The notes under the pieces are model-generated. The model saw only the letters and a program-made list of their open reading frames with translations, made no database searches and was not told the origin of the DNA. From Bacteriovoracaceae bacterium (GTDB taxonomy: Bacteria > Bdellovibrionota > Bacteriovoracia > Bacteriovoracales > Bacteriovoracaceae): 64,000 nucleotides of DNA. The stretch lies in NCBI GenBank assembly GCA_049241565.1, contig JBMLQL010000064.1, forward strand, positions 8,506 through 72,505, written 5' to 3'. Positions within the stretch are counted from its first letter, which is position 1. The number at the start of each line of letters is the position of its first letter. The position numbers and the translations under genes were made by a program. Below, piece after piece: positions 62,846 to 64,000 of this stretch.

Positions 62846-64000
62846 TATGGCATAACATAGTCGCGAGGCATGTCTTCGGCTTTTGTGCTCATTTTATCCC
62901 AGTATTGTGTATACTGCTCAGAAAAACTTTTTGCGACTGAAGGTATTTTTATCACATAAAAATTCTCAAAGTTCTTTGAAAATGCAGAAGTTGTAAGATT
63001 ACCTGCTCCAGTAAAAACCGTTTTATTATCAAAGATAAAAAACTTACTATGCTGTAGTTGATAGACGTTTTGATTTGTTTCAAGGTATCGAACATCCATT
63101 CCAGCAGTCACAAGTTTTGCAATATCGAAAGCCTCAAAACGAGTGTTACGTCCAATATCTTTTCTCAACTTTGCAGACCAATAGATATCATCATCAAACA
63201 TGAAACGAACTGTCTTTCCCTCTTTAAGAAGTTTCTCTGTGAAAACGAGAAAAATCCCACTAAAACGATGACTCATCCCTTGAATAAGTTTTGACTCAGC
63301 AGCAAGAGTTTCGACTTGATTAAATGTATCTTTATCAACAGGAGAAAAATAGGCCCGGATATCCTCTTCGGGTTTAACTTGAATTTGTCCACGACAGTTC
63401 TTAACGTATTCTTTGAATGTTTTGGCTGCCGCTCCAGCCTCAATCATTCCATTAGCAATACAAACGTGGTCCTGGATGAAAAAAGACTTTCCAGTAGTTG
63501 TTACAAAGTTCCAGTTTTCATGATTGATTGAAGTTCCACCAGTCATATTTCCCGATGAAAAAAGAAGCTTGACTTCATCTTTAGAGCTCGGATTAACCAT
63601 CAAGATTTTATTATGAGCATAACCTAATCCCCCCTGATTCCCACGATAATAAACCGCCACTTTACTTCCACATTTTTTTAGTCCCTCAGCGTCCTTGTTT
63701 TCTTTCGGATCTTTAGGGTTTTGATCAAGAACAATCGTGATCTTAACGTCGCTCTTAGCAGCTTCACAAAGGGCAGCAGCAATGTTTTTTGAACTGAATG
63801 ATAAGTAAGCTAAGAAAAGCTCTTTCGTATTTTTGTCTTTAATCCACTCAACAATCCTATACTGAGGAGCATTGTGTCGACTCACGGATTTATTCTCATC
63901 AGCAGGCTTACAGTAAACATTCTGGGGTTTTTGAGACAACGTCTTACCTGACTCGGTAATCACAGCACGATCGTAATTATAAGTAGCGCAAACTGGATTT
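62845..64000 (-). CDS. phospholipase D/nuclease-superfamily protein (two HKD-type motifs); the N-terminus lies off-window
   Basis: Contains HSKFFIFDNKTVFTGAGNLT (canonical HxKxxxxD) and AHNKILMV...SSGNMT (degenerate). The reading frame stays open upstream of the track's GTG 63963 all the way to the window edge. Confidence 0.7.
   Translation of the reverse strand, partial: NPVCATYNYDRAVITESGKTLSQKPQNVYCKPADENKSVSRHNAPQYRIVEWIKDKNTKELFLAYLSFSSKNIAAALCEAAKSDVKITIVLDQNPKDPKENKDAEGLKKCGSKVAVYYRGNQGGLGYAHNKILMVNPSSKDEVKLLFSSGNMTGGTSINHENWNFVTTTGKSFFIQDHVCIANGMIEAGAAAKTFKEYVKNCRGQIQVKPEEDIRAYFSPVDKDTFNQVETLAAESKLIQGMSHRFSGIFLVFTEKLLKEGKTVRFMFDDDIYWSAKLRKDIGRNTRFEAFDIAKLVTAGMDVRYLETNQNVYQLQHSKFFIFDNKTVFTGAGNLTTSAFSKNFENFYVIKIPSVAKSFSEQYTQYWDKMSTKAEDMPRDYVMP

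Noticed and set aside
1-64000. Scan of the whole window for CRISPR arrays, tRNA/rRNA genes, IS elements, prophage or defence-island hallmarks (integrases, restriction/modification pairs, reverse transcriptases, toxin-antitoxin pairs of types II-IV).
   Set aside because: I saw no regularly spaced repeats, cloverleaf-compatible segments or rRNA-like stretches. The only non-coding gap over 250 bp is 43540..44022, and no ORF showed integrase, transposase or RT motifs. A by-eye scan cannot exclude short or degenerate elements.

Overview
AT-rich, very gene-dense chromosomal segment with about 68 protein genes, short intergenic gaps and many 1-14 nt start/stop overlaps. The host is Gram-negative: LptE, an Mla/MCE lipid-transport operon, an outer-membrane-type protein ending in Phe, and Na+-NQR are all present. 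The many secreted or lipoprotein hydrolases, two PLD-superfamily proteins, PilT and a Kazal inhibitor would fit a Bdellovibrionota/Bacteriovorax-like predator. That is only a guess and I cannot verify taxonomy.

Most of the window is housekeeping:
- nqrA (left edge), an exonuclease-DinG helicase, bolA-grxD-hemY, and lptE-holA facing a DUF721/DciA-like gene.
- aroK-...-alr-mlaEFD on the minus strand.
- yceD-rpmF followed by fabH-fabD-fabG-acpP-fabF, with no plsX.
- glyA, nrdR-nusB, and a fused E1 alpha/beta ketoacid dehydrogenase.
- A partial arginine succinyltransferase (AST) cluster, then oxyR, lipA-lipB-aroC, an LtaS-like sulfatase and pilT.
- clsB plus an EEP-family gene, a SelO-like gene coupled to an S51 peptidase, a DUF3015/DUF4105/VanX-like operon, a Nudix hydrolase, and bfd-bfr.

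I saw no rRNA, tRNA, CRISPR array, transposase or integrase.

The most interesting items are:
1. Two tandem paralogous secreted proteins with BPI/LBP-like (TULIP) sequence signatures (8289-11839).
2. The only large non-coding gap (43540-44022). It holds an unannotated 25-aa hydrophobic peptide ORF with a strong SD, a 19-bp perfect direct repeat, and hairpins sharing a TTAGCG loop.
3. An atypical Mla-like operon with a long single-MCE protein and a GYF-domain membrane protein.
4. A divergent 610-aa SelO-like protein translationally coupled to an S51 peptidase.

All family calls come from motif recognition by eye and from memory of reference sequences. No database search was run, and start codons are best guesses.
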